From NCBI RefSeq assembly GCF_009834535.1, contig NC_045696.1, forward strand, positions 87,360,001 through 87,424,000: a stretch of DNA of 64,000 nt. The letters are read 5' to 3'. How positions within the stretch are numbered: the stretch's first letter is position 1; each line of letters starts with the position of its first letter. The notes under the pieces were generated by a model. The model saw only the letters and a program-made list of their open reading frames with translations. It searched no databases and was not told where the DNA came from. The position numbers were made by a program, and so were the translations under genes. Source of the DNA: Camelus ferus (lineage: Eukaryota). Shown here in pieces: positions 25,801-39,409 of this stretch.

Positions 25801-26524
25801 GAGGAATATGCCATGGCTTATACACTGAACATTAAGAAAACCAACAACTGAGGATTCAAGGAAGGAGAGGTGGAGGAAAAGAGAACTCAGAGATCACTGT
25901 TACAACGTTATCAGATGCCTGTCACTGTGATTACTGACAGAAAAATAAAAAATGTATAGGCTATGTTATTTTTATTTTTCATAAAAATAAAATGCATAAC
26001 TTTAGAATGAGCAAAAAACTTTCTACAACTAAAATTTGGGATGCCAGCCAAAATGTGTCACTCATGTTCCTACTAGAAACTCACTATCATCTCTATTTTT
26101 AAAAATGAAAATGTTGTGAACTGAATAGCATGTAAACATATGCGACACTTATTAATCATTATGAGAAGTCCTGATTTTGAAACATCTAGTCCTCAATTTT
26201 AATTAAAGAAATAATTTTCTAGAGCTTTGAAGAAAGAATAAGTAAAGTTGATTAGCCAATAGTTTAACAGGAAGAAAATTTTTTTAGATATGAAAAACAG
26301 CATAGCTTGTAACAATACTGAGATTTCTAACAGCAACATTTAGAAATGGGACTATTGAACAATTCTGTCAATATCACTTGTAGGGTCTGTATCAGGACAT
26401 ACAAGTGAAAGGACTAACATCCCCCTCACACACTGTTCTCTCTCAGTCACTCCCTCAGATCTTGAGAGATAACATAACTTCTCATACCCGGAGACTGTGA
26501 AAATTTGTTGTATCAGGATACTGA

Positions 26525-26720
26525 AGTTACGACGATGTAGAACAATTACTTTGGAGTCAAACCCAGCAGTGCTCAAATTCCAGATCTTCAACTTACAAGG
26601 TATATGACATTTGAAAAATTACTGAACCCTTCTCTAAATGTTATTTTCCTTTTCTATGCAATGTGTATAATAAACACTAGCATATTTCATTAGGATGATG
26701 AAATTTCATTAACATGTTGT
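26525..26720 (+). mobile_element. MIR fragment
   Basis: ctttggagtcaaacccagcagtgctcaaattccagatct...acttac...tgacatttgaaaaattactgaacc. Confidence 0.6.
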
Positions 26721-28157
26721 TGAGTGCAATAAATAACCTTTATCTTTTATCATTAGGAGCAAATCAAGTATTTTCTCTTAATATATCAAAAAGTTCATAG
26801 GCTCACTTGAAATCACTCTCTAAACCATCCTTGACTCCTTCTGAGTGATAGATTGAAAAAACAAACTCCCCAAAATGAAGAAAATATTAAATATGAACCA
26901 GTAAGACACCTGTCAATAGAAGATGCTATCACCTTTCAACTTTTATTTTTGGCACGGTGAAAGAAAGGAATCAAGATGTGCTTAAGAGAAACAGAATTCT
27001 TTTAGAAGCCTCTATTTAAAAAAAAACACAGGTCAGCATAAATGAATTTTTCATGACTTGAATAATGATTTTTCTTATGCCCTGCTCTGAGTTGTGTCTG
27101 AAGGATATTAGGACTTGACTATGTTATGCCTTCTTGTTAAATTAGACATAAAAAGAAAGCAAAATGTGGGACTCTCTTTTATCTCTTTTTTCTTTCTCTC
27201 AACTTGTTTTTTACTGACAGAGCTTGGTAACAGAAAATATTTTATGATTGAATATGATTGAATATCCCATATCTTCAAAAGCAGGCCAGCATTTGTGAAA
27301 TAGTGTCTCTCCTGAACTACTCCCAGACTAGGTATATTATTCTGCCTTAATATAAAACTCCTTAGTCCATTTCTTTAGGGGACTGATACACAGCAATGTA
27401 TGTCACTAGTAAAATCCTATGAATACATGAAAAAGAACACATTGCAAGATATATTCTTAATTCAATGATTTAGTTATGGTCATTTATCCCCCCTCAGGCT
27501 GTATAAGGTTACAAAGCTTGCTTACAAAAAGCTTACAGAAATGCTTAAAAGGAGTCATACTTGGTATTTGTGTATATAATTGCCTCCTTTAGACCAACTT
27601 GAAGGGCTAAAATCTAACCAATTAACCAACAAACAAACACTGGGCTTCCAGGTCAAACAGCATGCAAAGCCTGTGGATTGGTCTCCTCTACCCCTTAAAC
27701 ATCCATAAAGGGAAGGACGACAAAAACCATCAGACATACACAACAAGAAGAATGCGAGAAAAGTGAACAGAAAAACAGGGATGATGGTGAGTTCCAGTAA
27801 CAGTAACAAACAGAAGCCACAGTCTCAGAAGACACTGGAAGCAGAGATAGGAGTTATTCTTTGGCTGAGAAATGAAATGGTTACAAATAAGGAATCAGTG
27901 AGGACAGAGGGTAGGTTAAGAATGTGGGACAGGAACCTGCAGCAATTTTCTTCTACGGAATGTCTGTGGATTAGCTCTGCTGCTTGACCTCTGTCTACTC
28001 ATGCATGGAACTTACTTCCAGGCAAAATCAGTTGCTGTTTGGCCTTGACAATTGAAAAAGATGCTGGGAGAGGTCAGGGACACTTTCCAAGTATTGATAC
28101 TCCATAGAGTTCCTCTCCATGCTCTTGCACAGAGGATGAGGGTGCCTGATTACTGGC

Positions 28158-28400
28158 CATTCATTTATTCAGTCTTTCTACAAATATCTATTCAGGTAGT
28201 CTTCTAGGTAACAGGGATCCGGAGGTGAATCAAACAGACAAAAATCCCAGGAATCCTGGAGGGTCCATCCTAGAGGAGGATGGGAGGGAAAGCCAATAAA
28301 CACACAAAGAGATAGATACACTGTATACTATGTTATATGGGTGAGTAGTATGGAAAACACAAAGCAGGGCAGAAGGAATACAGACTGTATGTGAGAGTGT
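28158..28400 (-). mobile_element. L2 3' end
   Basis: cattcatttattcag...caaatatctatt...gtgaatcaaacagacaaaaatccc. Confidence 0.7.
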
Positions 28401-28409
28401 ACGTGCGTG

Positions 28410-28411
<2 letters not shown>

Positions 28412-28450
<39 letters not shown>
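28412..28450. repeat. (TG)n microsatellite, about 19 units
   Basis: Perfect TG run seen directly. Confidence 0.98.
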
Positions 28451-28452
<2 letters not shown>

Positions 28453-28559
28453 ACTGTGGGGCAGTTGAGGGGAGCAACCAGTTGTGGGGGTGGCAACCAG
28501 CCACAAGTTCATATCAGACTTTCCGTTTAGAAATAAGGTCTACTTTAGAAACAGAATGA

Positions 28560-29140
28560 TTTATAAAATGGCAGAAAATACTCATACCAGCTATCTATCT
28601 TGCTAAAAATGAGCAAAAATCAGTAGATATTTAAAGCACACACACAACACAACAGAGTACCAAAATAAATAACTAGGGTTACTGAAATGAAAATAAAAAG
28701 CGATAATTTAGAAAAGAGGGTAGAATGTTTTAAATTCTTCTTAATAATCTTACCACAATACAGAAATATATAGACACTCTCAAACCTTGAACACACTTAT
28801 GGAAAAAATTAAACAGAGGTACATGCTTATGATCTCAGTATGTGATGTGAGAGACAAATGCACTTCACCCACAAAAGGATACAAATCAAATTTATCTCTA
28901 ACGATGCAGAATGCTAGAAGAAAACTGAACGATGCCTTTAAAGTTATATGGAAAAGTAATTCCAAACACAGAATTTTATATGCAGCCAAACTCAACCAAT
29001 TAAGAAATTTTTCAGACAAGCTAGCATTCAAAAGTTTACTTAACATATGCAGTTTCTGAAAGGAAATATTTTTCAAAGAGGATTTATTTCAGCAAAACAA
29101 AAAATGATATAAAGAAAAAAAACGGAAAAATCTTGAATTT
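28560..29140 (+). mobile_element. Ancient L1/HAL1 ORF1 fragment
   Basis: ORF 28787..29059 (ARRKLNDAFKVIWKSNSKHRILYAAKL) matches the L1 ORF1 C-terminal pattern ARR.W..IFKVL......RILYPAKL. Confidence 0.75.
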
Positions 29141-31584
29141 TAAGAAATGTTGGCAGTAATGCAAAAGGACAGGGTAGAGAGGGTTCATTTAATATCTGTG
29201 CCCAGGCCCAGGCTGGAGCGGAAAGCCAGAGGGTTTGAATCTGCACCGGGGCAACCTCAACATCTGTTGCCTTTCCCACTCAGGCCCCTTTGCCCATTGT
29301 CACTCTGAGAAGTGAGGCAATATTTCCACTTATCAGCTTCCTAAGTGCACACAGAGATCCAAGCTATAAACCAGGGTGTTATGCTGCATGAGCAGGCAAC
29401 TGATGTTAAGGGACCCAATCGCTAGAACTGAAGATATTTTCAGAAATATTTATGGAGTAATGGAACCTGTAAAGCTGCAAAAAGAACAGGGCTATTTAGT
29501 CAAATGTGTCTTATTTTAACTCATGTGCTTATTTTTTTCCTGGAGGAGGTGTCACTTTAGAAACATTTATTGGCCAATTGAACACTGGCAATTTAAAAAA
29601 TCTATGTAAAAATAGAAGCATTTTCAAAATTTCAATCTCTGTTGCCATCTTATTAATTGGTTCTTGTATGTCAGGCTATTGTGTCTGAGGTCAGATTATT
29701 AGGTCAGATGAAGATCTAGTAATCATTTGTGTACATTTTCCTCAACATGTGAAAAATGAAATGTTACTATGACCACACCTGAAATAACACGAATCATTTT
29801 AAATGAAATGTATTTTTTAATCAGAAGCAATCCAATTTTTTCTCTTTAAAAATGTTTTCTCTTAGAAATTTAAATGAACTTTTCTTTTTATTAAGAACAA
29901 TCTATTCAAAGACAAAATTAAGTTCAATATGCATAAAACAAATAAAACATTCAATTTGTTATGGCAAAATTAATTTCCCATGGTATGAAATAAAGAAACA
30001 AGCATAAAAACTAGGAGTACAAAACTCTAGCATTTTTATCACTTTCTACAACTGTTTGAATTCCTCCACTTTATACATGTCCCAAATTATTCCTTTAGAT
30101 GCCATTTCTGAAACACAAACAAAAACCAAAATGGACTTGAAATGTAACCAGAAAAGAAAAAACATTGTTTACTAAAATTATATTCATTTCAGAGATGGAT
30201 CATTATGAAGAATATTTTGAAGTTCTCTGGGAATGTTAACTTCTGGTAATTGTTAGAATTAAATATGTTTCTTACTATTTAAATAATAGAGGAGCTGATA
30301 GAAGCCTTGACATTTAAACACAAATTAAAACAGAAAAATACTTATAAATCTAATCCTACAAATGTGCTATTGCTTAAGTTATGACTTATGTAGACAAAGT
30401 TTGGTGGGACTAAATCACAAAAGAATGCACAATATTCAAAGTTCCAAGTTGGATAAAAGGAAAGTGATGCCCATCCTTGAACTTTTCTGTACTACAATAT
30501 CTCAGGATTATTTTGTTAGTTTGATTTGACTTGTTAAAATATAAGTCCCTTTTTTTACCAACCTAATTCCTAACCTCTCCTCCTGAAAGCTGGAACAAAT
30601 TGCTCCTTTCCTGCATGTTCTACCTGGAGACCTTAGAATGAATCTAAGCACATAGTCAGTGTGAAGTCTGAATTCTGTGGCTCAGAATCCTATCATATCT
30701 CAATCTGTGCACCTTTTTGAGAAACAGGTTTCTCCATGTCCTGAGGACTAAATGTTTTACAGCTTTGCCACCAATTATTTGGTCAACAGCTTTATAAGTG
30801 ATCTGGTAAACTGTCTATGTCTCCCTATTCCTAGGACTTGGTCATGTTCTCATGCGTTCTTCTTAAGTGGATTAGGGCCCTGTTCTTGAGTATTTCTTAA
30901 GTATTTCTCTTGGGTTTAATGCTTTTTACACAGTCTCATAAGCCTCTTTAATGCAGACTGTTTGCTTCGTGATTTCCAAATATTGCACCTTATAAAGTCC
31001 TAGTCTGTGGATATTCTAGCTATTGGAACACACTGTGAAATCATCTTAGACTACGTGTCACCTATTGTACTACAGTCTGTTTTTGTCATTTCTCATAGAT
31101 GTAACTCTTGCTTGACTAACTGGATTCTAAGCCAAGAAGCTGCTTTTTCCAGAAAGCAAAGATCATTTAAAATGCCTGAACTTGGTTTTTTATCCTGCAG
31201 AAAGTAACTGAACAAAGTCTATTTAAGTCTCAAGATATGCCAATCCCTGACTATGCATTCAGACATTCATGGAACATAAAAACAACTGCTTCTCTTTAAA
31301 ATCGCTTTTCTCAGACATCAGAGAGCATTACTTATACAGGATTATGAGTTTTAGAGTATGTACTGTGAGCTTATCATACAAGTAAAAAACATTCCTATAT
31401 GGCCATGTTGTTCGTTGTATCACTTATTCTAATGAAATTTTGCTTGTGGTACAAAAATAAATTGGATGGTTTTGAAGATAATGAACCTGGAGCAAATAGC
31501 AATGAAATAAGAAGAGACAAACTAGGGACAATCCTTTCTTCTTACAACTCACTATTTTGCTGGCATTTAATTGTATTCACCTAT

Positions 31585-31900
31585 CAGGTAATAGGAAACC
31601 ATACAGGGAAACAGAAACCAAGACAGGTATTTCAAAGGGAATTTAATTCAGAGAACTGATTACACATATGCTGGGAGCAGAAAGAACCAACAGAGGAATC
31701 TTAGGTTTCAAAACAGCAGGAAACAGCTAAAATCACCAGAGCTGGAAGAGTCAGAGAGGGCGAGAGATTCTTACACTTTTGCATGAGGCACGTGTACTAG
31801 TTTTTGGATCCCAAGCAGAGCTACCGTGAGGCAGACGCACAGACCCCTGGAGGGCCAGCCACTAGACCACAACTGAGATGTACAGACTAAATGTAGACAA
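31585..31900. mobile_element. Old LTR fragment (LTR78/79-like)
   Basis: gggaaacagaaaccaagacaggtatttcaaagggaatttaattcagagaactgattacac. Confidence 0.5.
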
Positions 31901-33162
31901 TGGATATACACACCTTAAAAATGTTACCTGGCTCTCTGGAACGAGATGATGAGGCATCAGGTTCAAATCCCATAGCTTGGGTCATAGGAATTTTTATTAC
32001 ATGGTTCCTACCTAGTTCTTCATAATGTACTTCCACTATTATTATAACCTTGTCAAGGCCAAATTTTCTTTATGCTCAAGTGCAGCTCACTGACAGCACA
32101 TTAAATGTCATTACAAAAGAGACTTTAGATAAATTTAAACTAACTTAGATAATTTAAAAACCAAAAATATTTGCATTTACCACAGAATGCCATTTTTCTA
32201 TTTCTTTTTTCAGAAAGTAAAATATATATTGTTTTACTTGTTCTCTAGAGAAAATAAATTGAGCAGTTATTGGGCCTAATTTCACGTACAAATGTTTACA
32301 AATTTTCAAATGAACTTGTCTTTAAAAGAATCTATACTGTAGTGATTTTTAAAAGGACTTCCCTAAGAAAATAAAAACAACTTTAAAATGTTATATACTC
32401 ATTTCCACTAATTTAAAGGATCAAATAAATTGTTTATTTTTGCTGAGGAGTTATTCAAATTATAAAGTGTCTCTCATCCCACTGCCTTCAAAAATCATGT
32501 GCTGTTATTCATACCAAACAGCATTTCAACAGATTAGTAGTTTAAGTAAGAATAAAATAGATTTTTATAAATATTCCAAACAATTTGATTACACTGCTGG
32601 AAATGACTTGTAAACATTATGGATTATGAGATTTTACTGCCATCTTCTGATGAAAGCACTTTATGAGAAAAGAAAAATGTTTAGAAACTTTTCAAAGGAA
32701 ATTTTCTCCAATTTACTTGTGTTTGGGGATGGGATGCTGGAAGAACATACGGAAATGAGTTATGTTAGTAACACACATGTAAGTTACTCACTGCTCCATT
32801 TTCCCAAACATGTTACTACCATAGAGCCGACTTCCTTTCTGGCCATTTTTAAACAAGAGTTTCAGTAGTCCCTGGGATGAGTTAGAGTGTAAGTCATTGG
32901 AATTGTTTAGTGATGCTCCCTTTTACATTGGCACATTTAAATATTGCAACATAATGATTTAGTTAATTGCAAAAGCTCTAAGTAGGGTTTTAACCTGGAT
33001 GATCATTAAAAGCATTTAACATCAAGGAACTTGACGTTTATTGTCCTCTTTCTGAATCAAGTACTATTGAAATTCTGTTTTTCTACTTTATTTTTAACCT
33101 ATAAATTCCGAAGGAAAAGTTAATGCGGTATTATCACCCCATTGTACAGATGATTAAGTTGG

Positions 33163-33624
33163 AATACAGTGCCTGGCAGGACCCTGTGAGGCCTTCCCGG
33201 GTCAGATCCCTCCCCTATCTCCTCTGCTGCAGCTCCTCTCTGAACTACCCAGATAATAGCATCTCATATATATTTCCTGAGTTTTCCAGATGCTGAAAAC
33301 CACCATCAAAGGGAAGAAATTAACTACTTGATGATCAAGAGCACATAGACCTAAACCTTCTGGTGCCTAGGGGTTGATAGTTACTGGCCGCCCTGTTGTC
33401 TCAACATAAACCAACCAGAGAATTGTGCACGAGCTGAGCCCGGAGCCTCCAACCCCCCTCCCTTGCTTGGCCTTTAAATATGCTTTGCTGAAACCCTTCT
33501 GGGAGTTCAGGGTTTTCTTGGGTATAAGCCACTAAGTCCTCCTTGCTCTGCCCTGCAATGAACCTTTTTCTGTTCCAAATTCCCATGTTTCAGTTTGGCC
33601 TCAGGAACTTGCATTTGGTTAACA
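33163..33624 (+). mobile_element. ERV1-class solo LTR inserted in a MIR
   Basis: cctttaaatatgctttgctgaaaccc...gcaatgaacc...ggaacttgcatttggttaaca; MIR-like tattatcaccccattgtacagatga on the left. Confidence 0.85.
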
Positions 33625-35017
33625 GGCCTACCGTGAGCTTGCCGAATAATTCTATGCTAGTCATACTTGCTCCCTTATTCAGAATGAATGTAATGTTTCA
33701 TAATGACCAGCCCACAACATCATGCCTGTGCCCTCTTGCATAAACTTCTGAGGTGACAAAATGCTCGATTCCCCTCTTTCTCTCTCCTCCGCTTTGTCCC
33801 TCTCTGTTGCAGGTACAGGTTGAGATATGAGAAACTTCACTTGTCTACAGTATAATTTGAGATAGAAAACACTGGACAGAATGATCACAATCTGCAAGCT
33901 CTGACACTCACCACTCGTGGCTATTTTAGTGGCTGGACAGTTTCCAAACCATGGGGAGAGCTTAATGGGAAGCTCATCAGAAATGTTGAGAATTCCTTTT
34001 TTGGGGTATCTTTTCTTCTTTTGCAGCTTTACCATGTGACATTTCCTGTAATTATGCCCCATAAACTCCTCAATCCTCTTATATCTACTGACTATTCCTT
34101 TAGAAAACTACTGATACTAATTTAAACTTAATTGTAAAACATGAGCAAAGCTCACTGATACTTTTCCCAGGTATATTTTCACTTTAATGATTGTGACATT
34201 TTTAAATAGTTGCCTCTAATTGTAGGAATTAGATTTCTGTCCCACTTATGCATATAGCAGCCTTTTTTTAGTCTTGAGAAAGCAAAACTAGACCAGTGGT
34301 GGTGACTAGCACATACTATATCCTTGTGTAAATGACAAAAAATGCTCCCTATAGACACATCACAAAAAGCAAATTTTTTTTTTTTTTTTTTTTGGCTAAA
34401 ATACCCTTTAACCAGGGATCTGAGCTTGGTGAGGGAAGCTGACTGGAGGTCACTGTGAACTGCTTAAACTGCACAACCATATGCGACGACTCCAATTAAT
34501 GTAGGATTCTAAGAGTTCTCTTGTTTTCTCATTTAATTGCTGTCTACAGTAGATTTTTATGGTGTCTTTGCGTACTACTTCTCTGCCCATCAGCCAATGA
34601 GTATACGTGAGCAACTGTCAGGGCTTCAGCCTAGACCCTGTTCTGTGCTCACTCTACATTCTCTCTCGGCAATCTCAAAATCTCTTTTATGCTCATGTGT
34701 TCAATGCCCCAGGTATACCCACTGTTGTATTTCCTTCCTGGCTTGCTCAGTCCTCTAGACTGAAATGTATCCCTTAATTTCCTGAAAGCTGCACTTTCAT
34801 GTTTCACATTCATTTAAACCCCAAATACTCTAAACTTAACTTGTGACCTTTCCAAGTCTATTTCTTCTATAGAAGTTTTAATTTCAATAAACTGCCCTAT
34901 TAGCCATCTAGAAAATTATAAATAACCTTTGCTTCTTTATCTTCTCCCTCCAAAAACTGCACATCTGCCTCCAACTCTACTGCTTCCATTTTGATATGTT
35001 ACCTTCATTTCTCACCA

Positions 35018-35695
35018 TGTTAAGCAGTTACTGGCCCGGAGCCTCCAACCCCCCTCCCTTGCCTGGCCTTTAAATATGCTTTGTTGAAACCCTGCTGGGA
35101 GTTCAGGGTTTTCTTGGGTATAAGCCACTAAGTCCTCCTTGTCCTCTTTCTGAATCAGTTAGGTACGTGGAGGCACCGAGGAGATGAGGTGGAGGCGAGG
35201 GAGAATGGTCTCAAAGATGGCAATATGCCCACCTCTAGCATAAGGAGCTTTACTTCCTCTAAATGAGTGCCAGTAAGAAACCAGTTGGGACTGGACAGCT
35301 GTGGTAGCAACAAGGACCTAACTGGACATGACACAACACATATTGTAATAAAATTAGCATTGCAGTTTAGCACCTCCCCCTTACCCCCCTGTGGACATTT
35401 CTGTGTCCATCATGGGTAAGGACACGCGCAAAAGGGGATGGGCATAACTAAGCACTCCAGGGGCAAGAGCTGTCAATCAATCAAGAGACCTCCTCTAAGC
35501 AAAAGTATAAGACAGAAGGACAATGAAAGACTGGGCTACCATTCTCTTTTGGATCAGCCTGCCTTTCACACTTGGAGGTGAACTTTGGCATTGCTAATAA
35601 TATCTTTAATATCTTTAAGTACACAATGCTTTTGTCTCCTGTCTGAACTCTTTCGGCGGAGACAAGAACCAAGGCCTCCCCCTTAGGGGGTAACA
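35018..35695 (+). mobile_element. ERV1-class solo LTR carrying a templated insertion near its 5' end
   Basis: TGTTAAGCAGTTA...GGGTAACA; 4-bp TSD ACCA (35014-35017 and 35696-35699); homologous to 23220-23777. Confidence 0.92.
35034..35141 (+). repeat. Direct copy of 33438-33545 (108 bp, 3 mismatches)
   Basis: Base-by-base comparison within the window. Confidence 0.97.
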
Positions 35696-36870
35696 ACCAT
35701 TCCTATGATTTAAGTTGTCTGAGGCTCCCCATGATGCTTCTGTCTATCCCTGTTCTCCTTTCATTACATCTGTCAGAGGGCCTTTTAAATACAGAGGTCT
35801 GGCCACATCATTTCCCTGCTCAGAATCCTTCTAAGCTTTCCTGTTGCTTGGAGCATGTATGATTGGCTCCGGCCCAACACTCCTGCTTTGGGCACACCTC
35901 TCTCTCTCTTCATGCTGGATGAAGATTTATACTGGATTTCCTGCATTTCCTTGAACACAGCACATTCTCTCATTGGAGGATCGACCATTACACATGGTTT
36001 TCTCTGCCCAGAACATTCTATCTTTGCACCTAATATGCCTTTTTTTTTTTTTTTTCAGTTCTCAGCTAAAAAGTTACTCTCCTGAGCCTGAGGTTAAATA
36101 GTTGTCCTCCCAAATCCTTACCCCTCAGTAATATAAAATCCTCTAGGACCTAATACTGTTCATTTGCTTTTACCTTTACCACTTGAAATCATTTGATTAC
36201 TATGTCTACCTGGACAGGCTGTAAATTTCATGGAGACAGGGACCTTGTCTGCTGCATTAATGACATCTCAACCATCTGACATTGTGTCTGACACATCAGA
36301 GGCACTCAATAAATATGGTTAATTAGCTATGACATTCATTCATTAGCTTATTCTACATATACTCATTTTAAAACTGCTATAAACAAGGCAATGTGCTATT
36401 CCATTTGTGAACAAATTCCACTTAATATAATATGAAGTACGGGTTGGAATAGGTAAAATATGAAATCAAGGTAGGACCACATTTTAACTATCTTTTACAC
36501 TGATTTTATTCAAAATCGCTGTCATATGGTTATTTATAGCCCTATTCGTATTTCCTGTATTTTGTGGTACTTTTAGTTGACAAAAGATACCATAGCCCCT
36601 GGAAGTTCTGTATTATTTCTATGGTGAATATAGTTAAAATACTCTCAGAAAGTTACCTTCTGGTTTACATTCATCTGGTTCATTAAGTTTCAACATTTGA
36701 CAATGTCATTTACTAACTAACGTACATTTCAGAAGTTTGTGTTCAACTTTAAACCTCTTCCATTTCCTCATCAAAAGTATCTGCCATATTTTAAATAATT
36801 TTCAAAGGTTATGAACTTCCAATTATATTTAATGCAAGCAATTTCTTTATACCTTTTAGTTCCAAATTTT

Positions 36871-37325
36871 AAGTAGGTCAGACAGAAAGACAAATATCAT
36901 ATGATATTACTTATATGTGTACTCTAAATAAATGATACAAATGAACTTATTAAGAAAACAGAAACAGATTCACAAACATAGAAAACAAACTATGGTTACC
37001 AAAGGGGAAAGGAGGTGGGGAGGGATAAATTAGGAACTTGGGATTAGCGGATATAAACTACTATATATAAAACAGATAAACAACTATATGGTTCTACTTA
37101 TTGCACAGGGAACTATATTCAACATCTTGTAATAATCTATGATAAAAAGAATATGAAAAAGTATATATGTATAACTGAATCTCTATGCAGTACACCAGAA
37201 ACTTCCACAACATTGTAAATCAACTATACTTTAGAGTCCAGAGCACTAACGATTACACTATGGAACTGCACACTAAATCAACTATACTTCAATTAAAAAA
37301 AATAAATTTAAAATTTTTTTAAAAA
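36871..37325 (+). mobile_element. 5'-truncated LINE-1 3' end
   Basis: gtcagacagaaagacaaatatcatatgatattacttatatgt...gcacagggaactatattcaa...cattgtaaatcaactatacttcaattaaaaaa. Confidence 0.95.
37232..37273 (-). pseudogene. Tailless retrocopy of the 5' half of tRNA-Gln(CTG)
   Basis: Reverse strand aGTTCCATaGTGTAATcGTTAGtgCTCTGGACTCTa versus tRNA-Gln GGTTCCATGGTGTAATGGTTAGCACTCTGGACTCTG; flanked by the 16-bp duplication taaatcaactatactt. Confidence 0.88.
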
Positions 37326-38221
37326 GATGCTGATATTATCTTATTAAAATACCACTATATCACCTGTGATATTGGTAAAATGAATCATGTTCTTCTCAAA
37401 ATTCTATTTCTAAATATTGTCTGAGTAATACTTCTCATCTTTTATCCTATGCTGAAAATATTTAACCACTTAGTTCGTATTTTCACGATTTTTATCACAT
37501 ATTTTAATTTTCTTTCTATAGCTATTCTATTTCCCAAATTATTAAGAGTGAAAAATAACTATATCTGCTGTTATTAATACAGATTATAATAAAATTAGTA
37601 GTTTGTGTGGTTTTATGAAAGTGACTAAAGCTTTTCTGCTAATTAAAATGTTAGGCTGCTTAGATCAGTTTATAATCAGATATTATTACACACACAGGAT
37701 GTAAGATATCTACTCAATTAAGAAAACTCTTGAGAGTGCAAATCAGCAAACTATCCACTTTTCAGTAATGAGCTTCACAAAATTGGACTAAAATTCAGAT
37801 GATAGAAATGGCAGGATATCCATAATATCCTGTGATTATAGCTGAAATGTGTTTATTTGGGAAAATCTATTACTCTTGGATTAAACTTTTTAATGTTTAC
37901 TTATTATGAGATTGTTCAAACATTTGAAAATGAGGTGGAGTCTTCAACAGATGAAAAACTTATGCAAATCAGTCACATCTTACAATGTAGCCGATTGCAC
38001 AGTTTATGAAGAACTAAAAGCCTTAAATATATCAATGCTCACAGAGTGGCACCATTCTGCAGTGAAGATAGTTACCAAGAAGAGTTTTAAATACATAAAC
38101 ATGTACTCACAGGTGATCCCATTTATATGTATGTATTTCCTATTTGTACACGATGAGCTTATTTTGATGCTATTCTGGGGAAGTACACAATGCAATCCTG
38201 CTAAGGTCTTAGCCTTGTTAC

Positions 38222-38662
38222 CGTTAAAGTCAAAAGCCAACAGAGACCAGCCCTGAAGATACCCTAAGCAGACAAAAAGTTTCGTCATGCAAACAAAACA
38301 TAATTTAGCTTATTTTGCAAGACTAAGTTGACCTGGGTCATGTCTCTCCTGTGCTTCAGAAATCTAGAAGCCAGACTTAAAACTATTTCCCAAGGTTGAT
38401 ACGAGATAAATGATAGGGAATTAGTCAGTGGTTAAGAAATTCTTATATAATATAACCAAACACTGTGAAGAAAAATCAATCACTGCTTTCTCACCATATA
38501 AGCTACTTTATAACAATATACCCCAGAGTCTCATTCCATGTTTTGGTTTGTGTGTTCCCAGTTTGCAAACTGTCTTTGTGGCGAGTGCACAATGAACTTT
38601 TACCAATTACTACTTTGGTGATTCACTGGGGTTTTAATTCTGGTATTTCTGAACTTTTGACA
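38222..38662 (+). mobile_element. ERV1 solo LTR, MER89/MER34-like
   Basis: cgttaaagtc...agagaccagccctgaagataccctaagcagacaaaa...ttttgaca; 4-bp TSD TTAC on both sides. Confidence 0.85.
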
Positions 38663-39409
38663 TTACCCCAAAAAATGTTATTTTGGGAAGCTCAATTATT
38701 TAGTATTATCAGCAGAATACTGAATCTTATCAGAGCTTTTTATTGTTATTTAAAAATTTTCCTATTAGGCTTTAAGCTCTGTAAGGACAAAAACAGGGCA
38801 TTATTTATCTTTGTGGTTCTAAATTTCCTAGCCAAGTTTGTGGCACATCGTGGGTAACACACAGGTGGTATGCCAAGTGATCTTGCTACTCCAACTGTGG
38901 TTCATGCGGTATGAGTTTTAACAAGATCCCTAATCATTCAACTCACATTACAATTCAAGAAAGACTAGTGCAAAGGACACTATAATTTGAAGAGATTTGA
39001 AATCCAGCTTTGTCCTTTACTGTCTCGATAACCCTGAAAGGTGCTTAAACATCTTTGAATCTTATTTCCTATCTGAGAAATGAGATAAAATGAAATGCTT
39101 TGACAAATCTCTCAATTATTTAGGAATACCTGAAATTTTGTGAAAATCTGAATATTTTTGCAAGGTTCTACAACTTTTACCAGGGTAGTGCATTAATTTA
39201 TATTATGCAGTGCTAAGAAAATCAGTCATTTGTCATGTGCTGCATATGTTTTGCATGTTTTCACTTACTATGACATAAATATTCACATTTTCATTTATAA
39301 AAATTTAATCTTTATGTAGCCAAATATATGTATTTTTCTCTATAAATAGTTTAGAAAATTCTTTCTTCCTCAAATAGAAAAATAGAGAATGCATTTATTA
39401 TAAGTTCAC

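Larger units (their letters stand above)
34620..36320 (+). mobile_element. L2 LINE 3' region, interrupted by an LTR at 35018-35695
   Basis: CT-rich L2 body; terminus tgtaaatttcatggagacagggaccttgtctg...ggcactcaataaatat. Confidence 0.75.
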
